NCBI GenBank assembly: GCA_964291265.2
Contig: OZ219747.1
Location: forward strand, 2,176,001 to 2,240,000
DNA length: 64,000 bases
Reading direction: 5' to 3'
Source of the DNA: Alphaproteobacteria bacterium
Lineage (GTDB): Bacteria; Pseudomonadota; Alphaproteobacteria; SP197
Under the pieces are notes generated by a model. It saw only the letters and a program-made list of their open reading frames with translations, made no database searches and was not told the origin of the DNA. Positions 1-10,430 of the stretch are shown here, piece by piece (positions within the stretch are counted from its first letter, which is position 1; each line of letters starts with the position of its first letter). A program made the position numbers and the translations under genes.

Positions 1-1
1 G

Positions 2-940
2 TCGGGTAAGATCGTCAGGATTGGCGGCAAGTACATGGACAGCGACGGCTACGACCTGCTCGGCATCGTCACCGGATCGGAAGGGTTGCTCGGCGTCATC
101 ACCGAAGTGACCGTGCGTATCCTCCCCAAGCCCGCCTCGGTGAGTACCCTTCTGATCGGCTTCGACGAACTCGTTGCGGCGGGGGATTGCGTGGCCCGCA
201 TCATCGCAACGGGAATCATTCCCGCAGGTCTCGAAATGATGGACAGGGCCGCGGTCCATGCGACCGAGGAATTCTGCAAGGCAGGGTATCCCCTTGACGT
301 CGAGGCCCTGCTGATCTGCGAACTCGACGGTCCCGGACCGGAGGTCGCTGAACTGGCTGGCAGGGTCGAGGAGATCGCAGGAGATCTCGGGGCGTCGACC
401 ATCAGGAGGGCGGCGAGCGAGGAGGAAAGGGAGCGCTTCTGGCTGGGCCGCAAGTCGGCCTTTCCGGCGGTCGGCCGGCTCTCACCCGATTACTACTGCA
501 TCGACGGCACCATCCCGCGGCGGCGTCTGGCGGAGGTCCTGACACGCATGGAGGATCTGTCCGCACGCCATGGCCTGGGGGTGGTCAATGTCTTTCACGC
601 TGGCGACGGCAACCTTCATCCCCTGATCATGTACGACATCGACAAGCCGGGCGATCTGGAGAAAGCGGAGGCTCTCGCCCGGGACATTCTCACCCTGTGC
701 GTCGAACTCGGTGGTGTCCTGAGCGGAGAGCACGGGATCGGGGTCGAGAAGCGGGATCTCATGGGGACCATGTTCTCGGACGAGGAGTTGAAACAGCAGC
801 AGAGGGTGAAATGCGCCTTTGATCCCGAGGGCCTGCTCAATCCGGGGAAGGTGTTTCCCGTTCTCCACCGGTGCGCCGAACTTGGACACATGCATGTGCA
901 CAGGGGCCAGGTGCCCTTTCCCGATCTTCCCCGGTTCTGA
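2..940 (+). CDS. glcD: Glycolate oxidase FAD-linked subunit GlcD (5' end outside window)
   Basis: GYDLLG..GSEGLLG, HAGDGNLHP and GEHGIGVEK motifs; followed by glcE and glcF; frame open from the window start. Confidence 0.9.
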   Translation, partial: SGKIVRIGGKYMDSDGYDLLGIVTGSEGLLGVITEVTVRILPKPASVSTLLIGFDELVAAGDCVARIIATGIIPAGLEMMDRAAVHATEEFCKAGYPLDVEALLICELDGPGPEVAELAGRVEEIAGDLGASTIRRAASEEERERFWLGRKSAFPAVGRLSPDYYCIDGTIPRRRLAEVLTRMEDLSARHGLGVVNVFHAGDGNLHPLIMYDIDKPGDLEKAEALARDILTLCVELGGVLSGEHGIGVEKRDLMGTMFSDEELKQQQRVKCAFDPEGLLNPGKVFPVLHRCAELGHMHVHRGQVPFPDLPRF

Positions 941-945
941 CCTCC

Positions 946-2163
946 ATGACCGGGAAGACCTTTCGCCCGGTGGACGAGAAGGAACTCGCCGGCCTCGTGG
1001 TCTGGGCTGCTGCCGACGGTGTATCTCTGGAGATCATCGGCAACGGGAGCAAGCGGGGACTGGGTCACGCAATTTCCGCGGATCACGTGGTCGACATGTC
1101 GCAGCGTACCGGAATTGTCGACTACGAGCCGGCCGAATTGGTACTCACCGTGGAAGCCGGAACGACTCTCGCCTCAATCGAGACACGTCTCGGGGCGGCG
1201 AACCAGCAGATGGCATTCGAACCTCCGGACTACGGTCCCCTGCTGGGTCGGTCGGCCGCCACGGCGACCATCGGCGGAACCATGGCCGGCAACCTCTCCG
1301 GGCCGCGGCGCGTCAGCGCTGGAGCGGCGCGCGATCATGCGCTGGGCGCGGAGGCGGTGACCGGCCGGGGGGAGGTGATCAGGACCGGCGGCCGCGTGGT
1401 GAAGAACGTGACCGGCTATGACATCACCAGGTTGCTGTGTGGATCCTGGGGCACGCTGGCGGTCATCACCCGGCTCTCGCTCAAGGTGCTGCCGGCGCCG
1501 GAGAAGACACGCACTCTCCTCGTGACAGGTCTCGCGCCGCCGGCCGGCTGTCGGGTCATGGGCGAGGTTCTCGCTTCACCGCACGGCGTGTCGGCGGCGG
1601 CCTGGCTGCCGGCCGTCATGGCATCGAGGTCAGCCGTCGACTGCGTGTCATCGTCTGGCACCTCGGTCACGGCGGTCCGGATCGAGGGACCCTCCGCCTC
1701 GGTGCTTGTCCGCCATGACAGCCTGCGGTCCATGCTTGCCGCGCAAGGCCCGGTGGAGGAACTTCATGGCCGCAGTTCCGGAGCGTTCTGGAAGGAAGTG
1801 CGTGACGTGGCAACCTTCGTGTCACCGAACACAGCCGTCATGCGCCTGTCGGTACCGCCAGCCTCGGGAGACGCGGCCTGTGAGCGAATCACGGCATCGG
1901 GCGGAGAGGCCTTTCTCGACTGGGGCGGCGGGCTCGTCTGGTGTGCGTTCACGCCATCGCCGGAGACGGCCGCGACCATCAGGAACATCGCGACGGACCT
2001 TGACGGTCACGCGACGCTGATACGGGCGGAAGAGGAACTCAAGGCCGCGGTGCCCGTCTTCCATCCCCAGCCGGCCGAACGGCGCGACCTCACGCTGCGA
2101 ATCCGTGAAGGATTCGATCCCTGCGGCATCCTCAATCCCGGTCGCATGGCCATGGTGGACTGA
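946..2163 (+). CDS. glcE: Glycolate oxidase subunit GlcE
   Basis: GIVDYEPAELVLTVEAGT, GGRVVKNVTGYD, DWGGGLVW and FDPxGILNPGRM motifs. Confidence 0.9.
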   Translation: MTGKTFRPVDEKELAGLVVWAAADGVSLEIIGNGSKRGLGHAISADHVVDMSQRTGIVDYEPAELVLTVEAGTTLASIETRLGAANQQMAFEPPDYGPLLGRSAATATIGGTMAGNLSGPRRVSAGAARDHALGAEAVTGRGEVIRTGGRVVKNVTGYDITRLLCGSWGTLAVITRLSLKVLPAPEKTRTLLVTGLAPPAGCRVMGEVLASPHGVSAAAWLPAVMASRSAVDCVSSSGTSVTAVRIEGPSASVLVRHDSLRSMLAAQGPVEELHGRSSGAFWKEVRDVATFVSPNTAVMRLSVPPASGDAACERITASGGEAFLDWGGGLVWCAFTPSPETAATIRNIATDLDGHATLIRAEEELKAAVPVFHPQPAERRDLTLRIREGFDPCGILNPGRMAMVD

Positions 2164-2167
2164 AGCC

Positions 2168-3439
2168 ATGCACACGGCGATCGATCTTGCGGCCCTGGCG
2201 AATCCGCAGGTGCGGGAGGCGGAACGCATTCTCAAGACCTGCGTGCATTGCGGGATGTGTCTGGCAACCTGCCCGACCTATCTCCTGCTGGGTGACGAGC
2301 GTGACAGTCCGCGAGGCCGCATCTATCTCATCAAGGGCATGCTGGAGAGCGCGGAGCCTCCGCAAGATACCACGGTCCGCCACATCGACCGCTGCCTGAC
2401 CTGCCTTTCCTGCATGACGACATGTCCGTCGGGGGTGAATTACAGGCACCTTGCGGACCATGCGCGCAGCCATATCGAGACGACCCATCGCCGCAGGCCT
2501 CTCGACAGGTCGGTGCGGCGCCTGCTGGCGTGGGTTCTTCCGTCTCCGCGGCGGTTCCGCCTGGCGCTCGTCGGCGCTCTCCTCGTGCGGCCTGTGGCAG
2601 GGATGTTGCCCCCATTGGTTCGCCGCATGGTGAGAATGGCGCCTGGTTCGTTGCCTTCGCCTTCGTGGAGCGATGTCCCGGCAGTCCATCGCGCCCTCGG
2701 CCAGCGCCGGATGAGGGTCGCCCTCCACACGGGGTGCGCGCAGCAGGTCCTGGCACCGCGCGTCAACGAGGCGACGGTCCGGCTGCTCACTCGTCTTGGT
2801 TGCGAGGTGGTGGTGTCGCCGGGGAGCGGTTGCTGCGGTGCGCTCGGCCACCACCTGGGCCATGTCGAGGATGCGAGGACGGCGGCGCGGCGCAACATTG
2901 CCGCGTGGGAATCCTCAGGCCCCCTTGATGCCGTGGTGAGCAACGCCTCGGGTTGCGGCAGCCAGCTCAAGGACTATGGCGGTCTTCTGGCCGACAATCC
3001 GGAATGGGCCGAACGTGCCCGTGCCCTGGCCTCCAGGGTTGTCGATGTCACGGAAGTCATCGAACCACTGCTCAAGCCATCGCAGCCGCCATCGCAGGCA
3101 CCCGGGATCGCGTGTCATGTTCCCTGTTCCCTTCAGCACGGCCAGAAAATTGGCGACCTTCCTCACCGATTGCTGAAGCGCTGCGGTTTTGTCGTGAAGG
3201 ACATTGGCGAGGGGCACATCTGTTGCGGGTCGGCCGGTACCTACAACCTGCTGCAGGACGGTCTGTCACGCCGTCTCCTGGAGCGAAAGTGCGGGCACGT
3301 TGCCGCCATGGACGCCGATGTCGTGGCCACCGGCAACATCGGCTGCATGGTGCAGCTTGCCCGGGGCACACCATTGCCGGTGCTGCACACGGTGGAGCTT
3401 CTCGACTGGGCTACCGGTGGACCGCCCCCGCCATCATGA
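2168..3439 (+). CDS. glcF: Glycolate oxidase iron-sulfur subunit GlcF
   Basis: CVHCGMCLATCP and CLTCLSCMTTCP ferredoxin motifs, two CCG domains, LLDWATGGP C-terminus. Confidence 0.92.
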   Translation: MHTAIDLAALANPQVREAERILKTCVHCGMCLATCPTYLLLGDERDSPRGRIYLIKGMLESAEPPQDTTVRHIDRCLTCLSCMTTCPSGVNYRHLADHARSHIETTHRRRPLDRSVRRLLAWVLPSPRRFRLALVGALLVRPVAGMLPPLVRRMVRMAPGSLPSPSWSDVPAVHRALGQRRMRVALHTGCAQQVLAPRVNEATVRLLTRLGCEVVVSPGSGCCGALGHHLGHVEDARTAARRNIAAWESSGPLDAVVSNASGCGSQLKDYGGLLADNPEWAERARALASRVVDVTEVIEPLLKPSQPPSQAPGIACHVPCSLQHGQKIGDLPHRLLKRCGFVVKDIGEGHICCGSAGTYNLLQDGLSRRLLERKCGHVAAMDADVVATGNIGCMVQLARGTPLPVLHTVELLDWATGGPPPPS

Positions 3440-3999
3440 GGACCATGTTCCGACTGATATCCGGCCTCATCGTTGCCGGACTTCTTCTTCAGGCCACGCC
3501 GCTCGGCGCGGCGCAGGACGATCCGCGACTCGATACGCTGTTCCGGCAGCTTCATGAAACGATCGATGATCGCCTGGCGCTGCGGCTCCAGCAGGAAATC
3601 TGGAGGGTATGGCTGCACTCGGACGATTCGGGACTCGAAGCCCTGATGCGGGGCGGCAGGGTACTCATGCAGCGCGGTGACCACGCCGGAGCGGTCACCG
3701 TGTTCAGTCGGCTGATCGAGCTGGCACCGGACTTTGCCGAGGCATGGAACAGGCGGGCGACGGCCCTTTACCTGATGGAGCGTTTCGATGACTCCATCGC
3801 AGACTGCATGCGGGTTCTTGAGCTCGAGCCCCGGCACTTCGGCGCCCTCTCCGGGCTCGGACTGATCCATGTGGCGCTCGGCAAGCCTGACGTCGCGCTC
3901 TACTGGTACAGGGAGGCCCTGAAGCAGAATCCTCACATGCCGGCGGTCAGGGAACGGGTGGAGGATCTCGCCGACGAGGTCGAGGGCGAACCCGTCTGA
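3436..3999 (+). CDS. Exported tetratricopeptide-repeat protein
   Basis: Signal-like N-terminus; AEAWNRRAT and LEPRHFGALSGLG TPR pattern; ATGA overlap with glcF. Confidence 0.8.
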   Translation: MRTMFRLISGLIVAGLLLQATPLGAAQDDPRLDTLFRQLHETIDDRLALRLQQEIWRVWLHSDDSGLEALMRGGRVLMQRGDHAGAVTVFSRLIELAPDFAEAWNRRATALYLMERFDDSIADCMRVLELEPRHFGALSGLGLIHVALGKPDVALYWYREALKQNPHMPAVRERVEDLADEVEGEPV

Positions 4000-4015
4000 C
4001 GCCTTCCGATTCCGC

Positions 4016-4525
4016 TCAACCGCGATCCAGGAGACCCTCGTGGCGCAGCAGCCATTCCTTGCGGCTGATGCCGCCGCCGTAACCGGTCAGCGTGCCGTTC
4101 GCGCCGATCACGCGATGGCAGGGATGGACGATGGCAATCGGGTTGCGACCGTTGGCCTGCCCCACGGCCCGTCTGGCACTGGGATTGCCGACTCTCGTCG
4201 CCAGTTCGCCGTAGCTGATGGTCGCGCCACAGGGAATCGTGCGCAGGCACTGCCAGACGGACTCCTGGAACGGGGTTCCCTTTGGCCGTGTGGGAATGTC
4301 CTCGATGGCATCGAGTTGACCGCCAAGATAGGCGGCAAGCCTGTCGGCGATGCCTGAAGGATCCGATGCCGAGCGTCGAATCCCTTCCGGGTACTGCCTG
4401 GCGATCAGGTCGTGGAACCGGCCTTCATCATCCATGAAGTCGAGGACTTCCAACGCTTCGGTGGCAATGAGCATGCCGATGGGGCCGATCGGGCTCGCGA
4501 GTTCAGTCGTGTAGGGTTCGGACAT
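4016..4525 (-). CDS. ogt: Methylated-DNA-[protein]-cysteine S-methyltransferase
   Basis: GTPFQ, RAVGQANGRNP and PCHRV active-site motif. Confidence 0.9.
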   Translation of the reverse strand: MSEPYTTELASPIGPIGMLIATEALEVLDFMDDEGRFHDLIARQYPEGIRRSASDPSGIADRLAAYLGGQLDAIEDIPTRPKGTPFQESVWQCLRTIPCGATISYGELATRVGNPSARRAVGQANGRNPIAIVHPCHRVIGANGTLTGYGGGISRKEWLLRHEGLLDRG

Positions 4526-4674
4526 GGTTGTCACCTTCAGAAATCCGGGATCATCCTACACGCTGGGGCCCGGCCCGACGACAGGCCGGTTGTGGAGGGA
4601 TTCAGAGCGCCAACACCTCTGGAATGAGGGGGCGTGATAGGGTACCTGTCGACTGCGTCAAATCGGGGATCACC

Positions 4675-4869
4675 ATGAGCGTCGAACCGCCTGAAGTCGT
4701 CGAAACCGACTCCCCGAAGGTCTGGTGCGATGGCGGCGGGGTTCTGGGACACCCGCGTGTCTACTATGACCTCAGCGCCCACGGCGCCGTCGACTGCGGC
4801 TACTGCGACAGACGATTCGTCTGGCTGGGATACAAGGGCGCGCAGGGGCGCTCCGGGTCCCGCGAATGA
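4675..4869 (+). CDS. Small zinc-finger (zf-CHCC-type) protein
   Basis: CDGGGVLGHPRVY..CGYC motif. Confidence 0.85.
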   Translation: MSVEPPEVVETDSPKVWCDGGGVLGHPRVYYDLSAHGAVDCGYCDRRFVWLGYKGAQGRSGSRE

Positions 4870-4903
4870 CACCGCGCCGCAGCACGGGGCCGGGGTAAGC
4901 GCC

Positions 4904-7606
4904 ATGGCGCCGTGTCGACACGTGTTCCTGATCGATGCCTCGGGGTTCATTTTCCGTGCTTTCCACGCCCTGCCGGACATGCACCGGTCGGACGGAACAC
5001 CGGTCAACGCGGTCAGGGGGTTCTGCAACATGATCATGAAGGTGATCGGCGAAACCGACGCCGATCACATCGCCTGCGTCTTCGACTACAGTTCCCGGAG
5101 TTTTCGCAACGACATCTACGATCTCTACAAGGCCCATCGCCCGGAGACACCCGAAGATCTGGTACCCCAGTTTCCGCTGATCAGGGAGGCAGCAAGGGCT
5201 TTCAATCTGCAGGTGGTGGAGATGGAAGGCTACGAGGCCGACGACATCATCGCCACCTACGCCCGCATGGCCAGCGAGGCCGGCGCGAGGACCACCATCG
5301 TGTCGTCGGACAAGGATCTCATGCAGCTGGTTTCGGACCAGGTGACCATGCAGGACGGGATGAAGGACCGGGTCGTCGGCGCAGCGGAGGTGGTGGAGAA
5401 GTTCGGTGTGCCTCCCGGCAAGGTGGTCGACGTTCAGGCGCTGGCCGGCGATTCGACGGACAACGTGCCGGGCGTGCCCGGGATCGGACCCAAGACCGCC
5501 GCGTTGCTCATCAACGAATACGGCGACCTCGAGACCCTTCTGCAGCGGGCACACGAAATCAGGCAGCCCAGGCGGCGCGAGAATCTGCTGGCACACGCCG
5601 ATGATGCGCGGATGTCGCTCAGACTCGTGACACTCGATCGCCACGTACCCGATTTGACGCCGCTTGAGGGACTCGCCCGGCAGGAACCCGATGCCGACAG
5701 TCTCATCGGGTTCCTGCAGTCCCAGGACTTCCGGACTCTCATCGGCAGGGCCGAGGCCTGGGTGGGCCAGAGGGCAGGGGCCGGCGCCACCATGGCTGCG
5801 GACACCATTGCCTACGATCTGATCCAGGATCTGGAGGATCTCGAGCGCTGGGTGGCCGAAGCGACGCGCCGCGGCTTCGTGGCCATCGATACGGAAACCA
5901 CGGGTCTCGATGCCATGACCGCCGACCTCGTCGGCATCTCTCTTTCCATGCATCCCGGCACCGGGTGCTACATTCCGCTGGCCCACAGGTCCCCCGGGCT
6001 GATGCACGAGACACCACGGCAGCTGGCGGTCGGGACGGTGTGCGAGGTGCTGGCGCCGTTGCTGGCCGACCCTGCGGTGCTCAAGGTTGGACACAACATC
6101 AAGTACGACTGCCACATGCTTGCCCGCACCGGCATGCCGGTCCATCCGGTGGACGACACCATGCTCCTGTCATGGTGCCTGGACGCCGGCAGGTGGCGCC
6201 ATTCCATCGACGCCCTCGCCGCGGAGCATTGCGGCCGCCAGGTGACCTCATTCAAGGAGGTGGCCGGCCGGGGCAAGTCCCAGGTGACCTTCGATCTGGT
6301 TCCCCTGGACCGGGCCCGCGACTATGCGGCAGAGGACGCCGACGTGACGCTGGACCTTTGGCATCGGCTCAGGCCGCGCCTCGTTCCGGAACGCATCGCG
6401 AGGGTCTACGAGACCATCGAAAGGCCGCTGATTCCGGTCCTCGCCGCCATGGAGCGAGCCGGAATCAAGGTGGACCGGGAGCAACTCGAACGGCTCTCGG
6501 GCGAATTCGGACGGCGCATCCGGGACCTGGAAGACGGGATCCACGCCCTGGCCGGGAGGCCCTTCACCATCGGTTCGCCGAAGCAGCTTGGCGAGGTCCT
6601 GTTCGACGAGATGGGACTGGATGACGAAAGAAAGCGTTCGACGGGCGCTGACGTTCTCGAGGGTCTTGCCGCCCAGGGTCACGAACTGCCCGCCCGGGTG
6701 CTCGAATGGCGCCAGCTGTCGAAACTCAAGAGCACCTACACCGATGCCCTCGTCGAGCAGATCGATCCCGCCACCGGGCGGGTCCACACATCGTTTTCCA
6801 TGACGTCCGCGCCGACCGGGCGTCTCGCCTCCACGGATCCCAATCTCCAGAACATTCCGATCCGCACCGAGGAGGGGCGCCGCATCCGCAGCGCCTTTGT
6901 CGGTGAACCGGGTCATCTCCTGATGTCGGCGGACTATTCCCAGATCGAGTTGCGCCTGCTGGCTCACATCGCCGACATCGCATCGCTCAAGCAGGCCTTC
7001 CACGACGGCATCGACATTCACGCGATGACTGCAAGCGAGGTGTTCGATGTTCCCCTGGAGACGATGGACCCGCTCACAAGGCGCAAGGCCAAGGCCATCA
7101 ACTTCGGCATCATCTACGGTATCAGCGCCTTCGGGCTGGCCCGCCAGCTCTCCATCGACCGCGATGAGGCGAGGGACTACATCGACGCCTATTTCGAGCG
7201 CTTTCCCGGCATCCGCGGTTACATGGACCGCAGCGTTGCCGAAGCCCGCGAGACGGGCCATGTGACGACGCTGTTCGGCAGAAAGTGCCATCTTCCCGAG
7301 ATCAGGAGTTCAAAGGGTCACATCCGCGCCTACAACGAGCGGGCGGCGATCAATGCGCCGCTCCAAGGGTCGGCTGCCGACGTCATCAAGCGCGCCATGC
7401 TGCGCATTCCTGGCGCCCTGGAAACGGGGTGTCTCAAGGGGCGCATGCTCCTGCAGGTGCACGACGAACTGCTCTTCGAGGTGCCCGAAGACGAGGCCGA
7501 TGAGACGGCGCAATGCATCCGTGGAATCATGGAGGACGCCGCTCACCTCGATGTGCCTCTGACAGTGGATGTCGGCATGGGCGCCGACTGGAACGCCGCA
7601 CACTGA
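4904..7606 (+). CDS. polA: DNA polymerase I
   Basis: 5'-3' exo (LIDASGFIFRAFHAL, GDSTDNVPGVPGIGPKTA), DTETT 3'-5' exo, DYSQIELR, KAINFGIIYG, QVHDEL. Confidence 0.97.
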   Translation: MAPCRHVFLIDASGFIFRAFHALPDMHRSDGTPVNAVRGFCNMIMKVIGETDADHIACVFDYSSRSFRNDIYDLYKAHRPETPEDLVPQFPLIREAARAFNLQVVEMEGYEADDIIATYARMASEAGARTTIVSSDKDLMQLVSDQVTMQDGMKDRVVGAAEVVEKFGVPPGKVVDVQALAGDSTDNVPGVPGIGPKTAALLINEYGDLETLLQRAHEIRQPRRRENLLAHADDARMSLRLVTLDRHVPDLTPLEGLARQEPDADSLIGFLQSQDFRTLIGRAEAWVGQRAGAGATMAADTIAYDLIQDLEDLERWVAEATRRGFVAIDTETTGLDAMTADLVGISLSMHPGTGCYIPLAHRSPGLMHETPRQLAVGTVCEVLAPLLADPAVLKVGHNIKYDCHMLARTGMPVHPVDDTMLLSWCLDAGRWRHSIDALAAEHCGRQVTSFKEVAGRGKSQVTFDLVPLDRARDYAAEDADVTLDLWHRLRPRLVPERIARVYETIERPLIPVLAAMERAGIKVDREQLERLSGEFGRRIRDLEDGIHALAGRPFTIGSPKQLGEVLFDEMGLDDERKRSTGADVLEGLAAQGHELPARVLEWRQLSKLKSTYTDALVEQIDPATGRVHTSFSMTSAPTGRLASTDPNLQNIPIRTEEGRRIRSAFVGEPGHLLMSADYSQIELRLLAHIADIASLKQAFHDGIDIHAMTASEVFDVPLETMDPLTRRKAKAINFGIIYGISAFGLARQLSIDRDEARDYIDAYFERFPGIRGYMDRSVAEARETGHVTTLFGRKCHLPEIRSSKGHIRAYNERAAINAPLQGSAADVIKRAMLRIPGALETGCLKGRMLLQVHDELLFEVPEDEADETAQCIRGIMEDAAHLDVPLTVDVGMGADWNAAH

Positions 7607-7723
7607 GGGCCGTTTCGACATCCCGCACGCACCATGGGGGTCTTGGAGTTTGAATCACAAGTCCAGGCATCCTGACCTGATCTCCCGAGGAGGCAGGTCT
7701 GACACCGCGTGATCAAGGCATCA

Positions 7724-8377
7724 TCAATCCAAAGCCTCATCCACAAGAACGCCGTCATCATATTGATTGTAGAGCGTAGTGCCGTCGGCGTGGCGAACGA
7801 CCCATTTGCCGTGCCGCTCGCCGTCGACATAGGAGCCTTCATGGACGGATCCGTCAGCCGCGCGAACGACCCAGTGACCGTGCTGTTTGCCATCGACATA
7901 AAGGCCTTCCCCGACGGATCCGTCACCCGCGCGAATGACCCATTGGCCGTGCTGATCGCCGTCGACATAAGGGCCTCCCCCGACGCCGCCGTCAGTTGCG
8001 CGAATGACCCATTGGCCGTGCCGCTTGCCCTCGACATATGAGCCTCCCATGACGCGGTCGTCATTCTGGAGGACCCATTGACCGTGCCGCTTGCCCCGTA
8101 CCAGCGTGCCCGTGGCCTGGTCGGAACCGTCGGCGGACTCCCGCCCCAAGGTTCCCGGCCCAACGGCGAGGCCGTCCTGGCATTCGCCGAACCAGGTCAC
8201 CGTGTCAGTGGGATCGTAGTAGTGATTGAAAACATAGCAGTCGGGTCGGTCGGCGAGTTCAATCCAGCATTCGGCGCCCTCGCTCATCCCGGCGCATTTC
8301 GGGTTCGGCGCCTCGGCGCCGGCCGACGCGAGCGGGGCGAGGAGAAGCATGAGGAAGGTCGCCCTGAAGCGCAGCAT
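7724..8377 (-). CDS. Secreted MORN-type repeat protein, short paralog (5 repeats)
   Basis: Signal peptide, 4-Cys N-terminal cap, five ~23-aa G-x-Y-V-D-G-x-x-H-G-x-W-V repeats; paralog of 45323-47221. Confidence 0.8.
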   Translation of the reverse strand: MLRFRATFLMLLLAPLASAGAEAPNPKCAGMSEGAECWIELADRPDCYVFNHYYDPTDTVTWFGECQDGLAVGPGTLGRESADGSDQATGTLVRGKRHGQWVLQNDDRVMGGSYVEGKRHGQWVIRATDGGVGGGPYVDGDQHGQWVIRAGDGSVGEGLYVDGKQHGHWVVRAADGSVHEGSYVDGERHGKWVVRHADGTTLYNQYDDGVLVDEALD

Positions 8378-8439
8378 ATGTGATTCTCCGTTCAACCGTT
8401 CGGTCGGGCACGAACAAGTCGTCCGCTGAGGAGTACGAC

Positions 8440-8546
8440 CTGCGGCAGGCCGGAACCACCTCGTCGAGGCTGTTCATGCTGCAGTCGTCGGTGCTGTGCA
8501 GGCGTCGCAGTTCCCGGGCCTGCCGGTCCGACAGCTTCTCAAGCAT
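8440..8546 (-). pseudogene. Possible C-terminal HTH fragment of a serine recombinase/resolvase
   Basis: KLSDRQARELRRLHSTDDCSMNSL resembles resolvase C-terminal segments; no catalytic domain present. Confidence 0.35.
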
Positions 8547-8679
8547 CCCAGGTGCTGGAAGGCGCCCGGGCGTGACCGGACGACACCGGGGTGCGGACCA
8601 GGGTTCATCGGGTTCGCCAGTCGTGTGCTGGGGCTGAGGATGGCGGATTCCTGATCAGCGCGAAGGGTGGTTCCGTCTA

Positions 8680-10266
8680 TTATGGCTGTCGAGGTCCGGC
8701 GCTGCGGACTGCAGCGTCGACGGAGGCGGCGAACGTGGCGAACTGGTGCGTGAAGCGGTTGCAGAGGTCCCTCGCCGTGCCGTCGTGGGCCTCCTTGTCG
8801 TCCCAGGTCCGTCGCGGGTCGAGCAGGTCTTGCGGAACGCTCGGGCAGGTGGTCGGCACCTCGAAGCCGAAGTGGGGGTCCTTGCGGAAGGAGGCCTGTT
8901 TCAGGGAACCGTCGAGTGCGGCGTTCAGCATGGCCCGCGTGTGAACGAGAGGGATGCGGCGCCCGGTGCCGAAGCGGCCTCCCGTCCAGCCGGTGTTGAT
9001 CAACCAGCAGTTGACCTCTTGCCGGCGGAGCCTGTCAGCGAGCAGGCGAGCGTAGACCTCGGGGTGGCGGGGCATGAAGGGCGCCCCGAAACAGGGCGAG
9101 AAGGTCGCTTCGGGATCCTTGCCGACGTCCTGTTCGGTACCCGCGACCTTCGACGTGTAGCCGCACAGGAAATGATAGGTGGCCTGTTCCGCGGTCAGCT
9201 TGGCCACGGGCGGCATGACACCGAATGCATCGGCGGTCAGCAGGATGATGCTGGAAGGATGACCGGCCTGTCCGGTCGTCGAGGCGCCCTCGATGAAATC
9301 CAGGGGATAGGAGGCGCGCGTGTTCTCCGTCAAGCGGCTGTCGTCGAAGTCGATCTCGCGGGTGGTGTCGTCCATGACGACATTCTCCAGCACGGCGCCG
9401 AACCGTCTCGCGGCGGTGTGGATCTCGGGTTCCGTCTCCCGGGAAAGGCGGATCGTCTTGGCATAGCATCCGCCCTCGAAGTTGAAGAGTCCGCTGTCAC
9501 TCCAGCCGTGTTCGTCATCGCCCACGAGACGGCGTTCCGGATCCGCGGAGAGTGTGGTCTTGCCGGTTCCCGAAAGACCGAAGAAGACCGCCGCATCCCC
9601 GCTGCGGCCCACGTTGACGGAACAGTGCATGGGAAGCACGCCTTCTGGGGGGAGAAGGTAGTTGAGGACGGTGAAGACGGACTTCTTGATCTCTCCTGCA
9701 TAGGCCGTGCCCGCGATGAGCGCCAGTCTTGCCGCGAAGTCGATGGCGATCACCGTTGCCGAACGGCATCCGTCGATCCGCGGGTCAGCCTGGAATCCGG
9801 GAGCCTGAATGACGGTGAACTGCGGTTCAAAGCGGTGAAGGGCGGCCGGGGGCGGGGTGATCAGCATGTGGCGGGAAAACAGGCTGTGCCATGCGTGCTC
9901 CGTCACCACGCGAACGTTGAGGCGGTAGTCGGGGTCGGCGCCGGCGTGGAGATCCTGCACGAACGTCTGCCGGGTGCGGAGGTAGTCGAGAATGCGCTGC
10001 CTCAGGGTGCCGAACCGGGCACGTGACAGCGGTGCGTTGAAGGAACCCCAGTTGACCGTGTCACGGGTTTCATCGTCCTCGACGATGAACTTGTCCCTGG
10101 CCGAGCGCCCCGTGTGGGCTCCCGTCAGCACCACAAGGGCACCGCCTTCGGCGATCGATGCCTCGCGCCCGGCAATGGCCCGCTGGTAGAGTTCCGCGGT
10201 TCCGGCGTTGCTCCGGGTCCGGAGCAACGCGTGATCGGCGCCGATGGCACCCGCCAGTCGATTCAT
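8680..10266 (-). CDS. pckA: Phosphoenolpyruvate carboxykinase (ATP)
   Basis: [54 protein letters not shown]. Confidence 0.96.
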   Translation of the reverse strand: MNRLAGAIGADHALLRTRSNAGTAELYQRAIAGREASIAEGGALVVLTGAHTGRSARDKFIVEDDETRDTVNWGSFNAPLSRARFGTLRQRILDYLRTRQTFVQDLHAGADPDYRLNVRVVTEHAWHSLFSRHMLITPPPAALHRFEPQFTVIQAPGFQADPRIDGCRSATVIAIDFAARLALIAGTAYAGEIKKSVFTVLNYLLPPEGVLPMHCSVNVGRSGDAAVFFGLSGTGKTTLSADPERRLVGDDEHGWSDSGLFNFEGGCYAKTIRLSRETEPEIHTAARRFGAVLENVVMDDTTREIDFDDSRLTENTRASYPLDFIEGASTTGQAGHPSSIILLTADAFGVMPPVAKLTAEQATYHFLCGYTSKVAGTEQDVGKDPEATFSPCFGAPFMPRHPEVYARLLADRLRRQEVNCWLINTGWTGGRFGTGRRIPLVHTRAMLNAALDGSLKQASFRKDPHFGFEVPTTCPSVPQDLLDPRRTWDDKEAHDGTARDLCNRFTHQFATFAASVDAAVRSAGPRQP

Positions 10267-10430
10267 CCATCGTTCGCCTGTCTCGTCCTTCCATTCAAGG
10301 ACGAGGCTGCGTTCCATGGCAAGGGGCACCGGCAAGATACCTGTGAACAGCGTGGCCGCATGAATGACACATTTGTACCACGTCACTTGTGGCATGATTG
10401 TGCCCTTGGAGAGGGCCGGAGAACGGGATC

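Noticed and set aside
7636-7675. Tn3-type GGGG terminal repeat
   Set aside because: Lacks the usual TAAG inner end, and no partner repeat was found.
7690-7730. Integron attC site after the MORN cassette
   Set aside because: No RYYYAAC/GTTRRRY core pair and no integron integrase.
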